From assembly GCF_009914755.1 (NCBI RefSeq), contig NC_060939.1: DNA of 64,000 nt. One strand, written 5' to 3'. The stretch comes from the human T2T-CHM13v2.0 reference genome, Homo sapiens. Shown here piece after piece: positions 62,004 to 64,000 of the stretch; the stretch's first letter is position 1, and each line of letters begins with the position of its first letter. The translations under genes were made by a program, and so were the position numbers. The notes beneath the pieces are model-generated. The model was not told where the DNA came from and did not search any database. It saw nothing but the letters and a program-made list of their open reading frames with translations.

Positions 62004-62719
62004 TGAGCCACTACACCGGACCTATTTTATTTATTGTTTGTTTGTTTTTTTGCGGGGGTGGGTGGTTTGAGACGGCATCTCACTCTGTCGCCCAGGCTGG
62101 AGTGCTGTCGCATGATCTGAGCTCACGGCAACCTCCACCTCCCAGGTTCAAGCGATTCTCCTGCCTCAGCCTCCTGAGTAGCTGGGATTACAGGCACCCA
62201 CCACCACACCTCACTAATTATCATATTTTTAGTACAGACGGGGTTTCGGCATGTTGGCCAGGCTGGTCTCAAACTTCTGACCTCAAGTAATCCACCCACC
62301 TCGGCCTCCCAAAGTGCTGGGATTACAGGCGTGAGCCACCACACCCGGCCTTTCCCTAGACTTTATAGGAGCCTACAACAGTCCATCTTGTCCTCTTGTC
62401 ACCACTGCTGTGGGTGGGGTCATTTGTCCTGTCTGAGGGTGTGGAAATAGAATCCTGGTAACCATGTTATGACTTGAGCGGTCACTTCTGGTTTTCCTTC
62501 TGAGAAAATCTTCTGCGCTCAGCTGTATGAGTAATATTGGCTTTTTGTCTCAAATGGGAAATGGCTCTAAGACCGGTTTTTCTATTTGTGTTTCTTTGTT
62601 TATTTTGGTAGAAAGCAAAGAGGGCAATACGTTAAACGGCATCTTCCTTGGATGGTCTCAGGATCACAGCCTTCTCTAAAGAAGTATTCCTCTCCAAAGA
62701 GCTGCAGGCCTTCAACAGC

Positions 62720-63170
62720 CTTATTAGGTAATATTATTATACCTGTTTACTTGAGGAAACTGACCTCAGTGGTAGTAACAAGCCCAAGGTCACAGAACTA
62801 TGGTGGGAGGGAGGGACGAAGACAAGACCTGTGGATTCAGATCCTGGTGCCAGAGGCTTTGCTTACATCCAGTTATTCAATCCGCACTGCAGTCTTCTGG
62901 GGTCAGAATCAGACGACAGGTCCTGTGAAGTTTACATATCTTGCCCAAGGTCACAGAGGCAAACAAGGTTGGGATTTGCTGATTCGAAAGCCCGTGCTAT
63001 TTTCACTTCAGGTCAACTTACCTCTCTATGCTTGCACTTCCTAATCTGTGAAATGGGAATAATAATAGTACATGCCTCTGGGTTTGTTGTGGGAGTTAAA
63101 TGGAATGACACACCTGGCCCGTAGTGAGCGCCGTAAGTGGACACTATTGTTGTTATCATTATAATGTTAA
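62720..63170. mobile_element. MIR cluster (both orientations)
   Basis: GAGGAAACTGA...CCCAAGGTCACAG (antisense cores) and TCAACTTACCTCTCTATGCTTGCACTTCCTAATCTGTGAAATGGGAATAATAATAGTAC (sense). Confidence 0.8.
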
Positions 63171-63792
63171 CACGAGGTCTCCCTCTGGTCAGGAGTTGGC
63201 CACTCCCTGTTGCAGGAGAACCAGATCCCGTGGGAGCCCCTTCGTGGCCCAGGTGCTCCTGAGGCTCAGTGCAGGTGCTGGGAAAGTTTGCAACAGGAGT
63301 AAAGGGAACAAAGGCTCCAGGTGCCTGTGGATGCTTTGTCTGGCTGGAGGCCAGCTTCCTGCTGGATCAGGTTGCTCTTGGCTGTCTGGGTTCATGGAGC
63401 TGACCCCTCCTCCCTGTCCCTGCCAACTGAGGGCTGAGGGCTAAGTCTGGTGACACCAAACAGGGCCCAGCATGGGCAACGTACTTCCTTTCTGGAACCC
63501 AGTGATGGGATCTCACTGGCTAAACCAGGAAACCTTGGGGCACTGAGAGAGACCTATTCTGGGTCCTCATTCCACAGTGTGGCCTCAGTGAGCCCCCTCC
63601 CAACCTCTCCTGGAGGGGTGGTCTTGGGTGTAGAGGCGGCACCTGGGATCTGAGAGCTGGGTTTGAATGCCAGCCCAGGATGGGGCACTGGAGAGACCTT
63701 AGGCAAGCCAGCTCTCTCCGTGTCTCAATTTTGTACTATGAAGGTTCAGGAGGTTGTGCTGGTTCATGCATAAAGCCCTTGCAAGCCCTTAA

Positions 63793-63999
<207 letters not shown>

Positions 64000-64000
64000 T

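Overview
Human (or great-ape) genomic DNA from the 5' end of IDH2 (15q26.1). Positions 1-4307 are IDH2 intron 1 on the minus strand. Coding exon 1 (4308-4422, mitochondrial targeting peptide) lies in a CpG-island promoter. The remaining ~59 kb is upstream sequence that is extremely Alu-dense. It also holds an internally deleted HERV-H provirus (34833-40348) nested in a MER2 transposon, a MER9 (HML-3) solo LTR, other ERV/MaLR LTRs, a 7SL retropseudogene, old DNA transposons and LINE fragments. Nearly all ORFs in the supplied track are Alu, microsatellite or GC-richness artefacts. I found no new protein-coding system. The most unusual signals are (i) several fold-back and templated-insertion rearrangement scars at inverted Alus (17.6, 31.0-31.6, 52.2, 53.8 and 59.5 kb), (ii) a candidate RFX-associated alternative IDH2 first exon that would drop the targeting peptide, and (iii) a four-level nested insertion with an Alu in only one HERV-H LTR. 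Repeat family names come from recalled consensus sequences, not from a database search.
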